From Candidatus Thorarchaeota archaeon (GTDB taxonomy: Archaea > Asgardarchaeota > Thorarchaeia > Thorarchaeales > Thorarchaeaceae): 64,000 nucleotides of DNA. Shown in pieces: positions 37,735 to 48,611 of this stretch. Position 1 is the stretch's first letter. Every line of letters starts with the position of its first letter. The notes under the pieces are model-generated. The model did no database searches and was not told the DNA's origin. It saw nothing but the letters and a program-made list of their open reading frames with translations. The DNA lies in assembly GCA_963726195.1 (NCBI GenBank), contig CAVSBO010000018.1:1-64000 (forward strand), written 5' to 3'. The position numbers and the translations under genes are program-made.

Positions 37735-37809
37735 GCCCGAGTAGCTCAGTGGAAGATCGCCTGCTTGGTAAGCAGGAAGTCGCGGGTCCGATCCCCGCCT
37801 CGGGCTCCA
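37735..37809 (+). tRNA. tRNA-Thr(GGT), intron-less, CCA encoded
   Basis: GCCCGAG/CTCGGGC, CCTGC/GCAGG with loop TT-GGT-AA, GCGGG/CCCGC; atypical T-loop TCCGATC and one D-stem mismatch. Confidence 0.9.
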
Positions 37810-37867
37810 TATTCTCATTCTAGACTTCTGGGTGTTGCAGCGGCATTAGGGATTCCGTCGATTAGAA

Positions 37868-38110
37868 CTAGTCCTCTCGCAATCGGTCTTCTTGTATTGG
37901 TCGTCTCCTAGTTGTCCGACGTTTGGAAACCAAGCGCTTTGCTTCCTCTGGGCCTAGAATCTCTGTCAGGCGTTCCATGGCAGCGGGGTCATCTATTCTC
38001 TCCAACCAGCCGTCAATCTCTTTCTGAAGTGCGGGAGACAAATCCTTCGAGAGTTTCTTGGCTCTGTTCTTCCGGTCCAGCCCGAAGTCGTCAGGTCCTA
38101 GTAGGCTCAT
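37868..38110 (-). CDS. Small hypothetical protein
   Basis: 80 aa ORF with amphipathic-helix-like composition filling the gap after tRNA-Thr. Confidence 0.45.
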   Translation of the reverse strand: MSLLGPDDFGLDRKNRAKKLSKDLSPALQKEIDGWLERIDDPAAMERLTEILGPEEAKRLVSKRRTTRRRPIQEDRLRED

Positions 38111-38310
38111 CTGTTACCGTCGAATGCTGTCGCAGCGAACAGTTATGGCTTTTCGCCCGAGGGGAGTTGACATTCGTCTCGATGTCGAACGATGCCGACA
38201 CAAGCATGTCTGGTATTCCAATCAGATAGTCTCTTCTGATAGCCTCCAAAAAGGTCCCCTCGTAATCGACAAAAGGAGCTTTGCATTGACCATGTCTGGA
38301 GTGTCCGAAG

Positions 38311-40697
38311 TTGCATGAAGCCCTTGGCCGAGTCATCCACTCAGGCCGTCGTGACAACGCTTTCGAGTTCTTCTGTGAGAACGGTAAAGCAAGAATAACG
38401 ATAGTAGGACCCAAGGTCATAAGAGTTCAGGCTGCTAGAGACGGCGAGTACAGGCATCACGATTCATTCGCCAGAGTGCCTTATGAAGAGCAGGTCTCAG
38501 TCAGACAAGAGGGGTCTGCGCAACAGATCAATCTCGTTGCTGAACATTTCAGCGCGAAAGTGTTGCTCAACCCGTTTGGTTTAGAGATTCTAGATTCGTG
38601 GGGGAACATGCTTCAAGATGATGCATCTGACGGCGGACTGGTCTGGGATGGCACTCGCTTCGAATGCAGAAAACACGTGCTCGGTGAGGAGCATTTCTAC
38701 GGCCTCGGTGAGAAGGCTCACGGGTTGGATAAGAAAGGACTGCACTTGGAAATGTGGAACACTGACAACGGAGACTATGATTCCGCATCCGACCCACTGT
38801 ATCAGAGCATTCCTTTCTTCATCGTGTTGAACAGAGACATAGCATTTGGCGTCTTCCTAGACAATACGTACCATACAGAGTTCGATTTCGGTCATCAGGA
38901 CCCTGACATCTACTCGTTCGGCGCGCCGGACGGCCCGCTGGATTATTACATATTGATTGGCCCCAAGATTGCTGACATAATTGATGAATACACTTCGCTT
39001 ACCGGGAGGCCTTGTTTCATACCACGATGGGGACTTGGCCATCAGCAGTCGCGTTTCATGACCTACGAGAGTGAAGACGACATTCTCAGCATAGGGCGCG
39101 AGCTTCGTAACCGAAGGATTCCGTGTGACACACTCGTGCTTGACATCGAGCATATGGACGGATATCGCGTATTCACTTGGAATCAGAAAGTGTTCCCCAA
39201 CCCGAAGGCATTCACTGCCAAGCTAGCAAGAATGGGTTTCAAAACCATGACCATCATCGATCCCGGAGTGAAGCTAGAGAACGGGTTCTCTATGTACGAC
39301 GAAGGAATGGAGGCAGGGCACTTCTTAGAGAAGAAGGACGGGTCGACCTACGTTGGGCTAGTTTGGCCCGGTGAAACTGTGTTTCCAGATTTCTCTCGTT
39401 CCGAGGTGAGAGAGTGGTTCAGTTCGAAATACGGTGCGCTCGCGGAATGTGGCACGAGTAATAGCAGTTGGATTGATATGAATGAACCTAGCAACTGCAT
39501 CTATGATGGCCTGAAGGCCGACTACTCCATGACTGATGTAGTAGATGGCGAAGGCAACCTCTGGGAGCCACGCCTGCGCAATGTCTATGCTCTCGGAATG
39601 GCAGTTGCAGTCTTCGACGGTTTGAGAGAAGCTTTCCCTAAGAAGAGACCGTTCATACTGACCCGGTCCGGTTTTGCGGGATACCAGCGCTATGCCGCAT
39701 CATGGACAGGCGACAACCACTCAACCTGGCCAATGCTTTGGCTTTCGATTCCCATGCTCCTTGGTCTTGGCTTGTCAGGAGTACCATTCTGCGGCGCTGA
39801 CATCGGAGGTTTCGGCGGAGATACTTCGCCCGACTCTTGGCCCGCTGGTATCAGCTCGGGGCCTTCTATCCGTTCTCTCGCAATCACTCCGATTTCAGAT
39901 CGATAAGACAAGAACCTTGGGTGTTTGGTGAGAACACGGAGCGTGTTGCACGAGAGTCCATTTCGCTCCGCTACCAATTGTTAAGGTACCTGTATTCCCT
40001 CGCAAAGATTGCGAGCACGGTTGGTCTCCCTATCATGCGCCCATTGATACTTGAATTCCAAGATGATCCTGCTACCTTCGAACTTGATACGCAATTCATG
40101 ATAGGGCCATTCATGATGATAGCCCCTGTTCTTGAGGAAGGTGCAAATTCACGTGAAGTCTACTTCCCTCGTGGGATTTGGTACGACTTTTGGGCAGATG
40201 CTACTGTCAAGGGGCCACAGAGTCTGAAAGTGAACGCACCGCTCGACAGAATTCCCATATACATGAGAGAAGGGTCTATCATACCAGTGGGTCGTATTGT
40301 CCAGAATAGCGATGAAGACCAAGGCGATCTCGTTCTGTGGGTGTACCCCGGTACCGCTAGCAGCATCAGGCTCTACGAGGATGATGGAATATCCGACGCA
40401 GGACCTTCTGCTGAGACCATGATTCTACAGGAATCTACTAGTAACAGCGTAGTCATAACTGTCAACAAGAGGGTTGGCACCTGGAAACCAACAAAGCGTT
40501 CGGTGGTGATTGAGTTGCGCGGACTCGCAACACTGCCCAAATCCATCAACATCGATGGCAGGCGCAGTGCGCAAGTCGAATCATCGGCGGAATTTGAAAC
40601 GCTGAAGTACGGGTCGTACTACGATTCCATACAACACCGCTGCTATGCGAAATTCCCCGATGATGGTTCAGCTCACAACGTCAGGATTGGCGTTTGA
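38311..40697 (+). CDS. GH31 alpha-glucosidase; apparent 1-nt deletion near 39833
   Basis: FYGLGEK, PLYQSIPF, P.WGLGHQQSR, WIDMNEPS nucleophile motif, WTGDN, GADIGGF; RWYQLGAFYPF.RNH in the second frame. Confidence 0.93.
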
Positions 40698-40742
40698 TAT
40701 CCCGTCATTCTTATAACTTGAACAAGCCAACAGCGACGCCGC

Positions 40743-40852
40743 GGGTCGGTAGTCTAGCTTGGCTATAGTGGCTTTGCCTCACACAGGCCAGCGGCTAAGA
40801 TTCTTGGTTTGGGTCCAAGAGATCGCCGGTTCAAATCCGGCCCGGCCCACCA
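40743..40852 (+). tRNA. tRNA-Pro(TGG) with a 32-nt D-arm intron (~40767-40798, position ~22/23), CCA encoded
   Basis: GGGTCGG/CCGGCCC, CTTGG/CCAAG with loop TT-TGG-GT, GCCGG/CCGGC with TTCAAAT; relaxed BHB GGCT/GGCT with bulges ATA and AAG. Confidence 0.92.
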
Positions 40853-41157
40853 AATACCATAACTCCTTCTTTGCCACACGGGGTCGTATGAATGCTTTTC
40901 GGTTCGTTTCAAGATGTACTTGGTGCCGTACGGCGGTGACCGCCTTTGGAATCGGTCCGTCCTGCAGGTCTGAAAAACCAAGTTCTCCGTAATCGTCGAC
41001 CATCACAAGGGCTGTTTTCATCCAGAATCGGTGAAGTGGAGTCAAGAACTGCTTTTTGCGTATTCAGAATGCGTTCAGTCGCCAAGTTCTTGAATGCCTT
41101 CGGGCGATGCGCTCATATGAGCAGATTTCCTCGATGTATCTCGAGGGTGTGCACTCG

Positions 41158-42057
41158 GTGGCTCAGGCCGCTCCGGAGGTTGCGTTTGCTGTCAGCGTAT
41201 TGGGTTTGGATGTGCTTGTATTTGGCACTGCGATACTCCTGTCGGCATTTGGCACCTCAGAGTTTGTGTATGCAGTTAGCGCATGGAGCGTACTAATCAT
41301 AGGGTTAGGCGTCGTAGTAGTATTGTTAGGACTTGCTACGAAAGAAAGAGAAGACATTGCCAAGAGAAGATTGTTGACCAAAGCGGGTCTCGTCCTTTCC
41401 GGGCTCATGATTATCGTAACTCCGTCTTCATTGCTCATGTATTGGAGAGGGATGTGGCTTTCCCCCCTGGACTGGCGCTTCTGGTCTTTCGGGATTGCAG
41501 TGGGTTGGCTTCACCTGTTGCTGTTGGCCCTATTTGCTGCAATCGGAGGTTCGATCATTGAGCGAGCGCGATTATCAACATACCTCGAAGGTGTGCATTC
41601 GAAGATGCACAGTACTTCGGAACTTGTGCTTACTGCTGCCCTAATGAGCCTGCTAGTGCTCGTCTTCGGCACTGCAATAATGTTGTCGGCTGATAGTCTG
41701 AATTTCATGCGTGCTGTCAGCGTATTCACCGTGCTAGTGGTGGGATTCTGTGCCGGAGTGCTCTTGTTGGTACTTGGTTACAGGAAGAGAGGAGACATCG
41801 TTATGAGTAGACTGCTGACCAAAGCAGGTCTTGTCCTTTGTGGGCTCATGATTACTGTAACTCCACTTTCATTATACGAGTACTTGGCATTTCGGATTTA
41901 CCCCTTCTCGGGGTGGGGAGACTGGAGGGTTGAGGGTGCTCCAATGACATTGTTCAGTTGGCTGATAGTGGCCCTATTTGCCGTACTTGGAGGGACCATT
42001 ATTCAGCGAGCTCAGTCTGCACAGGAAAAGGCCAAGCCAGATAAGCCTGCTGAGTAG
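41158..42057 (+). CDS. Hypothetical 8-TM protein made of two ~150 aa repeats (paralog 1)
   Basis: GAGGGTG SD plus GTG start; DI..RRLL.KAGL.L.GLMI.VTP.SL motif occurs twice. Confidence 0.75.
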   Translation: MAQAAPEVAFAVSVLGLDVLVFGTAILLSAFGTSEFVYAVSAWSVLIIGLGVVVVLLGLATKEREDIAKRRLLTKAGLVLSGLMIIVTPSSLLMYWRGMWLSPLDWRFWSFGIAVGWLHLLLLALFAAIGGSIIERARLSTYLEGVHSKMHSTSELVLTAALMSLLVLVFGTAIMLSADSLNFMRAVSVFTVLVVGFCAGVLLLVLGYRKRGDIVMSRLLTKAGLVLCGLMITVTPLSLYEYLAFRIYPFSGWGDWRVEGAPMTLFSWLIVALFAVLGGTIIQRAQSAQEKAKPDKPAE

Positions 42058-42333
42058 CGCTATTCATTCCCTGTCTTGCGGGATTCGTCTGCGGAGCAGA
42101 ATGGTGCAGTTGAAACGGTATCCACTTGGGAACCCAGAGAGAGCGTCTTGATGGTTGCCCCTCACGAGCTCGCACCCGAAAGACGGACCTGTTTAGTTCA
42201 TGGCTAGCTCAACCCTCGAACAGTGTCCATCATGCGAGGTTTCTCCCCAAAAGCCGGCATATCACCCGGATGCTTTCGGACGATATGCTTATGTGAGCAA
42301 ATTCCATCAATACACCTTGAGGGTGTACGCTCG

Positions 42334-43236
42334 GTGGCTCAGAGCACTTCGGAGGTCGTGATCACCTTTAGCCTATTGGGCATGCTAATAATGGTATACG
42401 GCACTGCAATAATGCTGTCTGCTCTAATGCCTGAATACTCCCAATCCGCTGTCAGCCTATTGAGCGTGCTAATCGCAGGATTTGGCATCGCAGTGATGAT
42501 GTTGAAACTGGGTTACAGAGAAAAGGCAGATATCGTTAGAAGAAGACTGCTAATCAAAGCGGGTCTTGATCTTTGTGGCCTCATGATTATTGTGACTCCA
42601 CTTTCATTGTACGGGTACTGGGCACTCCCGGTCCCCGCTCCACCATCCTGGGAGCAGTGGCTAGAATCTTGGACAGCATCTTGGTCCTATATGAGGTGGG
42701 ACGAACTTCTGATACTGGCGCTATCACCCGCACTTGGAGGGCTCGTTATTGAGCGAGCACGGTCATCAGCATATCTTCAGGGTAAGCGTTCGATGACCCA
42801 GAGTACTTTGGAAGTTGTGCTCACTCTTAGCCTCATGAGCGTGCTAGTGGTTGGATTCGGCGCCGCAATACTGCAGTCGGCAGACACTCCGAATTTCATG
42901 GGCGCCGTGAGCGTCGTGGGCCTGCTGTTGGTGGGACTAGCCATTGCAGTACTCCTGTTGGCACTGAGTCGCAGAGATGGACCAGACATCGCCAAGAGAA
43001 GACTGTTAATCAAAGCGGGTCTTGTTCTTTGTGGCCTCATGATTATTGTGACTCCACTTTCATTGTTCGAGTATTGGGCATTGAGGATTTACCCCGTATA
43101 CTCTGGGTGGACAGACTTTGGGCTTGTGGGGGCTCGGATGACATGGTTCAACTGTTTAGTACTGGCAGCGTTTGCCACACTTGGAGGGGTCATTATTCAG
43201 CGCGCGATGTCTAGGCAGTACGAGGCCGGGTCGTGA
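42334..43236 (+). CDS. Hypothetical 8-TM protein made of two ~150 aa repeats (paralog 2)
   Basis: Same upstream region, start context and repeated motif as paralog 1. Confidence 0.75.
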   Translation: MAQSTSEVVITFSLLGMLIMVYGTAIMLSALMPEYSQSAVSLLSVLIAGFGIAVMMLKLGYREKADIVRRRLLIKAGLDLCGLMIIVTPLSLYGYWALPVPAPPSWEQWLESWTASWSYMRWDELLILALSPALGGLVIERARSSAYLQGKRSMTQSTLEVVLTLSLMSVLVVGFGAAILQSADTPNFMGAVSVVGLLLVGLAIAVLLLALSRRDGPDIAKRRLLIKAGLVLCGLMIIVTPLSLFEYWALRIYPVYSGWTDFGLVGARMTWFNCLVLAAFATLGGVIIQRAMSRQYEAGS

Positions 43237-43666
43237 ATCGTTACTGAATGCCAATTCCCCTTTGTGACCCTGCTAGATTCGTCGGCTAGACCTTAGTCAC
43301 ATGTGCCTCTTCTTATCTCACACCCAAGATCTCGCTAGTTCCAGAATGTGAGCAGTCCAGCTGCACACGCGCGAAACAGCGAACATCTAATTCTGCTGCT
43401 GATAACTGCTACCTTGCCGACAGTATGGCGGGACATCACACAATGAAAAGCAAGTTGCTATAGACACATGCTAGGTAATGCATAATGAGTTGTGTGAGTG
43501 GCACGAAAGACCAGAAGGTAACAAGTCGGCTCTGATATGGCCGGCTCTAGCCAGACGGCAGGAACAACGGAGGGAGTCGGTGGTGTATTCCGCTATGTCA
43601 ATGTGGCTTTCCAGACACAGACTGAGGCTCCCTCCGTCAGTTTCTGACAGCAAATCACGAGGTGCT

Positions 43667-46081
43667 TTACCCTCCTCGCCATCTGTGCTGTGACCAATGG
43701 TGCTGGCAGTAATAGGGGTACTGCCACAGAAACGTATATTGCATGGCGCAGTACGAGTTGATGCATGGCGCCTCCGTCCATACGTATGCATACACCCACC
43801 AGTCTACGATTCCAAGGTGATGACCGAACTCGTGCATCAGAAGCGACCTTCGCCATCCGGCACCACCAGGACTTGGGATGCGGTCATCTAGCACGAATAT
43901 GCCATAGCACGTATTGATGGGCCAAGGTCGCCCGTCCTGGAGTTTTGAATAATAGCCCGAGGGCCAGTGGATAGCTTAGTACCCTCCTGAATATTCGGCC
44001 CCAAGAACAAGTGGCCATAGAGCACCCATTCCCATTTCGGATCATTACTGTGTCCACGATAGGTGTTATAGTAGGTCCAGTAGTCTGTGTCAGGCACGAC
44101 TAACCCGTTTTCAACCTTGGCCAATAGGAATTGCTGTTTGTAAGTTACCTGTTGGTCCAGATAGAACTCGACTCTGTCATACCCCAGGTTTATGTAATAG
44201 GATGTGAGATAGTTCAAGTCGTCCTGATTAGGAACTGATTTGAGTTCTGCCATGTAGTCGATCTCAACTCCAGCGCGAAAGTAGCTGGCTCTGTTTATGG
44301 TGAGGATTTTTCCCCATTCCTTCCACCCACCGTATTCAAGCTCCAACTTGACTTCATGAGTAGAACCGTCTGAGTAATTCCCTAGTTCCCATTGCCACGC
44401 CCCGTCTCCACCGGGGCCGTTGTCTGCCTTGAGTTGACCGTCAACGTAGACCCTAAGAAACCTTGGGTATGTGTCTTGATCGGATTCCATCTTCAGATTG
44501 ATGTGAGAATCTGTTCCTAGGATTGCTCGATAGGTCAGCCACGACTTCTGTCCTTGTTGGGGGAAGTACTCGCCTAGGATCTGAAGCGGTTCACCAAACC
44601 ACCGCTCTGGATAGAAATACACCAGTTTCCAGCCCTTTTCTACGTTCGCGCCCCAGTTAATCTGAAGTATCACTTTCCTAGTATTGAGCAGTGGATAGTT
44701 GACTCTTATTCCCCCATCGAAGCCCGCTGCTACTGTGATTACGTTCTGATAAACCATGGTGTCATCAACGTAAACTGTGAGGAATCGATCGATAGTGTCC
44801 TGATCGGCAACAATATGTATCTTAAGAGTCCAGTATTGGTCTGGGTTCGGATTGCTAACCTTGAAGTACAGACGGGAGTAATCCATTCTCGGGAACCAGT
44901 GTCCCTCCATTGCTGGAGTGAGGTAGTGAGCCATGAACCCAGTGTAAGACGACGACCTGTCCGTGAGTTTGATGTAGTCAATGAACTTGGAATCGTATCG
45001 AAGATCCTGATAGTTATCGAAATAGACGGCCACGTAGCGGGCAACACGGTCAAGTTCGTATTCCGGCGGATTCGTGGCCAGTGTCCAAGACCGACCGGGC
45101 ACGGTGGCCTTTATTGCGTCCGCATCCTTGTCGTACCACATTCGAAGCGTCCCGCTCCAACTGCCCGTCTTCTGTTCCGATTGATAAACTGCGGCAGCCC
45201 CAAGAGGGTAGTAGGCTACATAGGCATAGCTCGTCGATGAGTACCAAGCGTCCAGTATCCATACTTGGTACATGAGGCTCTTGTTCGCGTCGTATACTAC
45301 CACTCCAGCGTCCCCCGTCTTCTGGTCGACCCAGTCTTGCATGAGTACCGCTTGAAGGTCAAGCCCTTCTCCAATCTGGCCGGAGGACAAGTAGCCTTCC
45401 AAGTTTCTTGTCCACATTGCCCCGTGCGTATATCCTGAGTGGGGCGGTATGTCCCCGCTTTCAAAGCATGTGCCCCCTGACACAGTGAGGGATATGCCTG
45501 GTTGGAGTTCACTGAAAGGAAGCTGACCCGTCGGCCATGAAGTTACGGGAGCCCAAGGTTGCGTGGAGGTGCAATGGTCCTCCAATAGCGTCGTCACAAA
45601 ATCGTTTCCATAGTCGCCGTACCCGGTTGTGGCTGGCGTTGCCGTTGAGGAGCTGTTTCCATCTATTGGAGGAACGACCGAGGCAGTGACCAAACTAGGA
45701 AAACTCGGAGGGTCAACTGCGGGCCAGTCAATGGTCTTGTTATCCCTGACGAGTCTGGCTTGCTGTTCATCCTGAGTATTCCAATTCGTGTTGGCAAAGT
45801 CATAAATCGTTGCAGCAGTCGGTGGGAGTTCGGTTTTGTTTCCCGCACCAAGTTCGGTTGTCAGCAGCTCCGAAATGGAGTCTGCGTTTTCAGAGTCCTG
45901 CATTGCTGTGCTGCACTGATACGTCGATGTCAGAGTATTTGCAGATGCGGTTTTGTATGCTGACGTGACTTGGTTCTCTCCTGAGTCACTACCAACAGGT
46001 AGACCCGCAACAGGAAGAGGATCTCAGGAAGCAGAATACAATCAAGACACTGACTAAAGCATATACAAGTCGCCTGTACAT
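43667..46081 (-). CDS. Secreted ~800 aa protein with C-terminal zincin metallopeptidase motif; two apparent frameshifts (~46025, ~43975)
   Basis: ATG at 46081 after AGGGG gives signal peptide MYRRLVYALVSVLIVFCFL; frame open into ORF 43888-45903; third frame carries HEFGHHLG...CINSYCAM...YCQHHW. Confidence 0.75.
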
Positions 46082-46308
46082 TATCACTGACCCCTCTCGA
46101 GCATGAACGACTCCGCGCCGCCTTAGAATACAAGGCAGGCGTTATTTATGAGTTCCGACAAATTGATGGTCATCCTCCTTGAGGGCGAAAACAGCACCTT
46201 GACCTTTCATGAACATCCACCATTCATTTCTTCATTGTCTTGTTCTTGCCCGAAGTTCGGCAATAGTCGAAATACTTATCTCGCAAGCGTCGTAGTCAGT
46301 TGGGCGAA

Positions 46309-47034
46309 ATGTCGGCTCAAGCGTCTGTCCGGGAGCAGCTCGCACGTCGGATGGCTGGCGAGATTGCCCTATCTGATCACCCCGGACAGGCAATGAGAGT
46401 CTGGCGAGAGCGTTTCAGGCTCCCTCAGATTGTGCTGGCTGAGTTCATCGGAATAAGCCCCAGCGTGATCAGTGACTATGAGTCTGGTCGACGCAAGTCT
46501 CCCGGCACCTCCACCATAAGACGGTTCGTGATGGCTCTCCTTACTCTCGACGAACGGAATGGTGGTCAGGTCGTTTCAGGTTTCGCACGCTTGATGGATG
46601 TCAGCCTTGTCGATCTCAATATCGTTCTTGCAATGAGCGAGTTCTCTTCTCCCATGACCTGCAGTGAATTCTGCAAGAAACTGAAGTGTGATGTTCTAGC
46701 AGGAAAAGACCTGATGGGCAGGCAAATCTACGGTTACACACTCGTTGACATAGAGCGGGCAGTAAGAGAGTTAAGCACTGAAGCATTCCTCAAGTTGTTC
46801 GGGGCTACAACCGAACGTTGTCTCATATTCACGAAAGTATCGACTGGCCGTGCGCCCATGATAGCGATAAAGTCTCAAGAATTCAAGCCAACACTCGTGA
46901 TATTTCACGGGGTTCCCGATGCTGACCGCTTGGCGGTTGAACTCTCAGAACAGATGAAAATACCTCTAGCTGTAACAAGAATCAGTTTGCTGGACAATCT
47001 CATCAAAGAGCTACATGACATCAAACCCAGTTAG
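46309..47034 (+). CDS. Archaeal HTH regulator (COG1709-like)
   Basis: AGEIALSD.PG..MR.WRE.F, SPSVISDYESGRRKSPG, VSTGRAPMIAIK. Confidence 0.9.
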   Translation: MSAQASVREQLARRMAGEIALSDHPGQAMRVWRERFRLPQIVLAEFIGISPSVISDYESGRRKSPGTSTIRRFVMALLTLDERNGGQVVSGFARLMDVSLVDLNIVLAMSEFSSPMTCSEFCKKLKCDVLAGKDLMGRQIYGYTLVDIERAVRELSTEAFLKLFGATTERCLIFTKVSTGRAPMIAIKSQEFKPTLVIFHGVPDADRLAVELSEQMKIPLAVTRISLLDNLIKELHDIKPS

Positions 47035-47945
47035 CCGAGTATCAGTCTCAGAAGCGCCATTCTTGTGATAACGCCATTGTAGACTTGGTCAAAGTATTTG
47101 GCCTGAGGCGTCTTGTCCACTTCCTGTTCTATCTCATCAACTCTCGGCAATGGGTGCAGAATGATTGCGTCCTGACGCATTAGGCTCACATCTTGAAGTC
47201 TAAGTTTGAACTTGCCCTTCACAGCATCGTAATCACGAGAGTCTGGAAACCTCTCCTTCTGGATGCGTGTCATGTACACGACATCGACATCCTTCACGCC
47301 CTCTTCAAGTGTGTCAACTTCAGTAACATGAAGTCCAGCTTTCTTCATCTCGTCGATTATCGCAGGTTTCATCCTCAACTCTGGGGGTGCTGCTAGCTTA
47401 ACGGTCACATCATAATGCGAGAGGGCCATACCCAGTGAGTGGACTGTGCGGCCATATTTGAGATCGCCACATAGAGAGATAGAGATTCCATCGATTTTTC
47501 CCTTGAGCTTCCTGATTGAATACAGGTCGAGCAAGGCCTGTGTCGGGTGCTCTTCTGAGCCACTGCCAGCATTGATAACGGGGATGCGTGAGAATTCTGC
47601 TGCTACTCTTGCAGACCCGTCGAGGTTGTGTCGTATGACTATGACGTCAGCGTAACGTTCCACCGTGCGAATCGTGTCGGTAAGGGTCTCTCCCTTTCCA
47701 CCCGCACTGGAGGTCGCTACGTCAGCAAACCCGAGAACACTGCCCCCAAGTCTAATCATTGCGCTCTCAAAGGAGAGTCTTGTACGGGTTGAGGGCTCAA
47801 AGAACAAGCAGGCCATTATCTTTCCTTCGAGTTCCTTGCTCCGCTTGACTGCGACTGACTCCATCTTGGCGGACGTATCGAGTATTAGGTCAATATCCTC
47901 TCTTGTCAGGTCCTGAATGCTGATTAAATTGCGGAGACGGCCCAT
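47031..47945 (-). CDS. pyrB: Aspartate carbamoyltransferase catalytic subunit
   Basis: FFEPSTRTRLSF, HPTQALLD, GDLKYGRTVHS, RIQKERF, HPLPR. Confidence 0.97.
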   Translation of the reverse strand: MGRLRNLISIQDLTREDIDLILDTSAKMESVAVKRSKELEGKIMACLFFEPSTRTRLSFESAMIRLGGSVLGFADVATSSAGGKGETLTDTIRTVERYADVIVIRHNLDGSARVAAEFSRIPVINAGSGSEEHPTQALLDLYSIRKLKGKIDGISISLCGDLKYGRTVHSLGMALSHYDVTVKLAAPPELRMKPAIIDEMKKAGLHVTEVDTLEEGVKDVDVVYMTRIQKERFPDSRDYDAVKGKFKLRLQDVSLMRQDAIILHPLPRVDEIEQEVDKTPQAKYFDQVYNGVITRMALLRLILG

Positions 47946-48028
47946 CTCATGTCACTTCTCAAGTATCTGGGCCAAAACATGAGTGGCCCACATTTTAAGG
48001 TTTCCAGCGATACTCGACCAAGTCCGAC

Positions 48029-48508
48029 CTATGCCTTTGCAGCATTCCGACCATAGTTTCTTTTGATGTGTAGTTGTCGCACTACGATGCCGGCTTCCTC
48101 CGCGAGCTGGGCTGCCAGTTCGTCTTCATACTCTTCGATATACACTATCTCGACAATGCCGGCATTGATGAGCATCTTTATGCATATGCTACAGGGTCTG
48201 GTCGTACAGTACATGCTGGCACCTCTGACGCTGATTCCATGGTATGCTGCTTGGATTATCGCGTTTTGTTCTGCATGTAGTCCCCGACACAGTTCATGAC
48301 GTTCTCCAGGTTTGACCTTCAGTTTTTCTCTGATACACCCTATGTCTTCGCAGTGCGTCAGACCTTTTGGTGCTCCATTGTAACCTGTTGACAGAATCTG
48401 TGATTCCTTTACGACTACCGCGCCAACCTGATTTCTCAGGCACGTGCTTCGTGATGATACAAGATCAGCAATTTCTGCAAAGTATTCATCTTTGCTCTTT
48501 CTGGGCAA
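48029..48508 (-). CDS. dCMP deaminase / ComEB family
   Basis: RSTC.R.QVGA, TGYNG, HAEQNAI, PCSICIK. Confidence 0.92.
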   Translation of the reverse strand: MPRKSKDEYFAEIADLVSSRSTCLRNQVGAVVVKESQILSTGYNGAPKGLTHCEDIGCIREKLKVKPGERHELCRGLHAEQNAIIQAAYHGISVRGASMYCTTRPCSICIKMLINAGIVEIVYIEEYEDELAAQLAEEAGIVVRQLHIKRNYGRNAAKA

Positions 48509-48611
48509 TGTTGGTCGGTCTCCAAGTCATGAGCTGCCCAATCGGCCATCTCGAAACTTATGAAGCTCGTGATTATGAGTCGTCGGGACATGGGCTCCTG
48601 CGTCTCAAACA

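Larger units (their letters stand above)
41095..43236 (+). repeat. Four-copy ~450-bp diverged tandem repeat (2 genes x 2 units)
   Basis: CAAAGCGGGTCT...CTCATGATTA..GT.ACTCC recurs near 41380, 41820, 42555 and 43010; upstream regions 41095-41165 and 42270-42340 are homologous. Confidence 0.85.

Noticed and set aside
40783-40811. tRNA-Pro intron segment CAGGCCAG complementary to its own anticodon arm
   Set aside because: Three of eight pairs are G-U; too weak to support alone.
40853-46100. Integrated element at tRNA-Pro
   Set aside because: Accessory-looking content, but no integrase and no duplicated tRNA 3' end (att) found.
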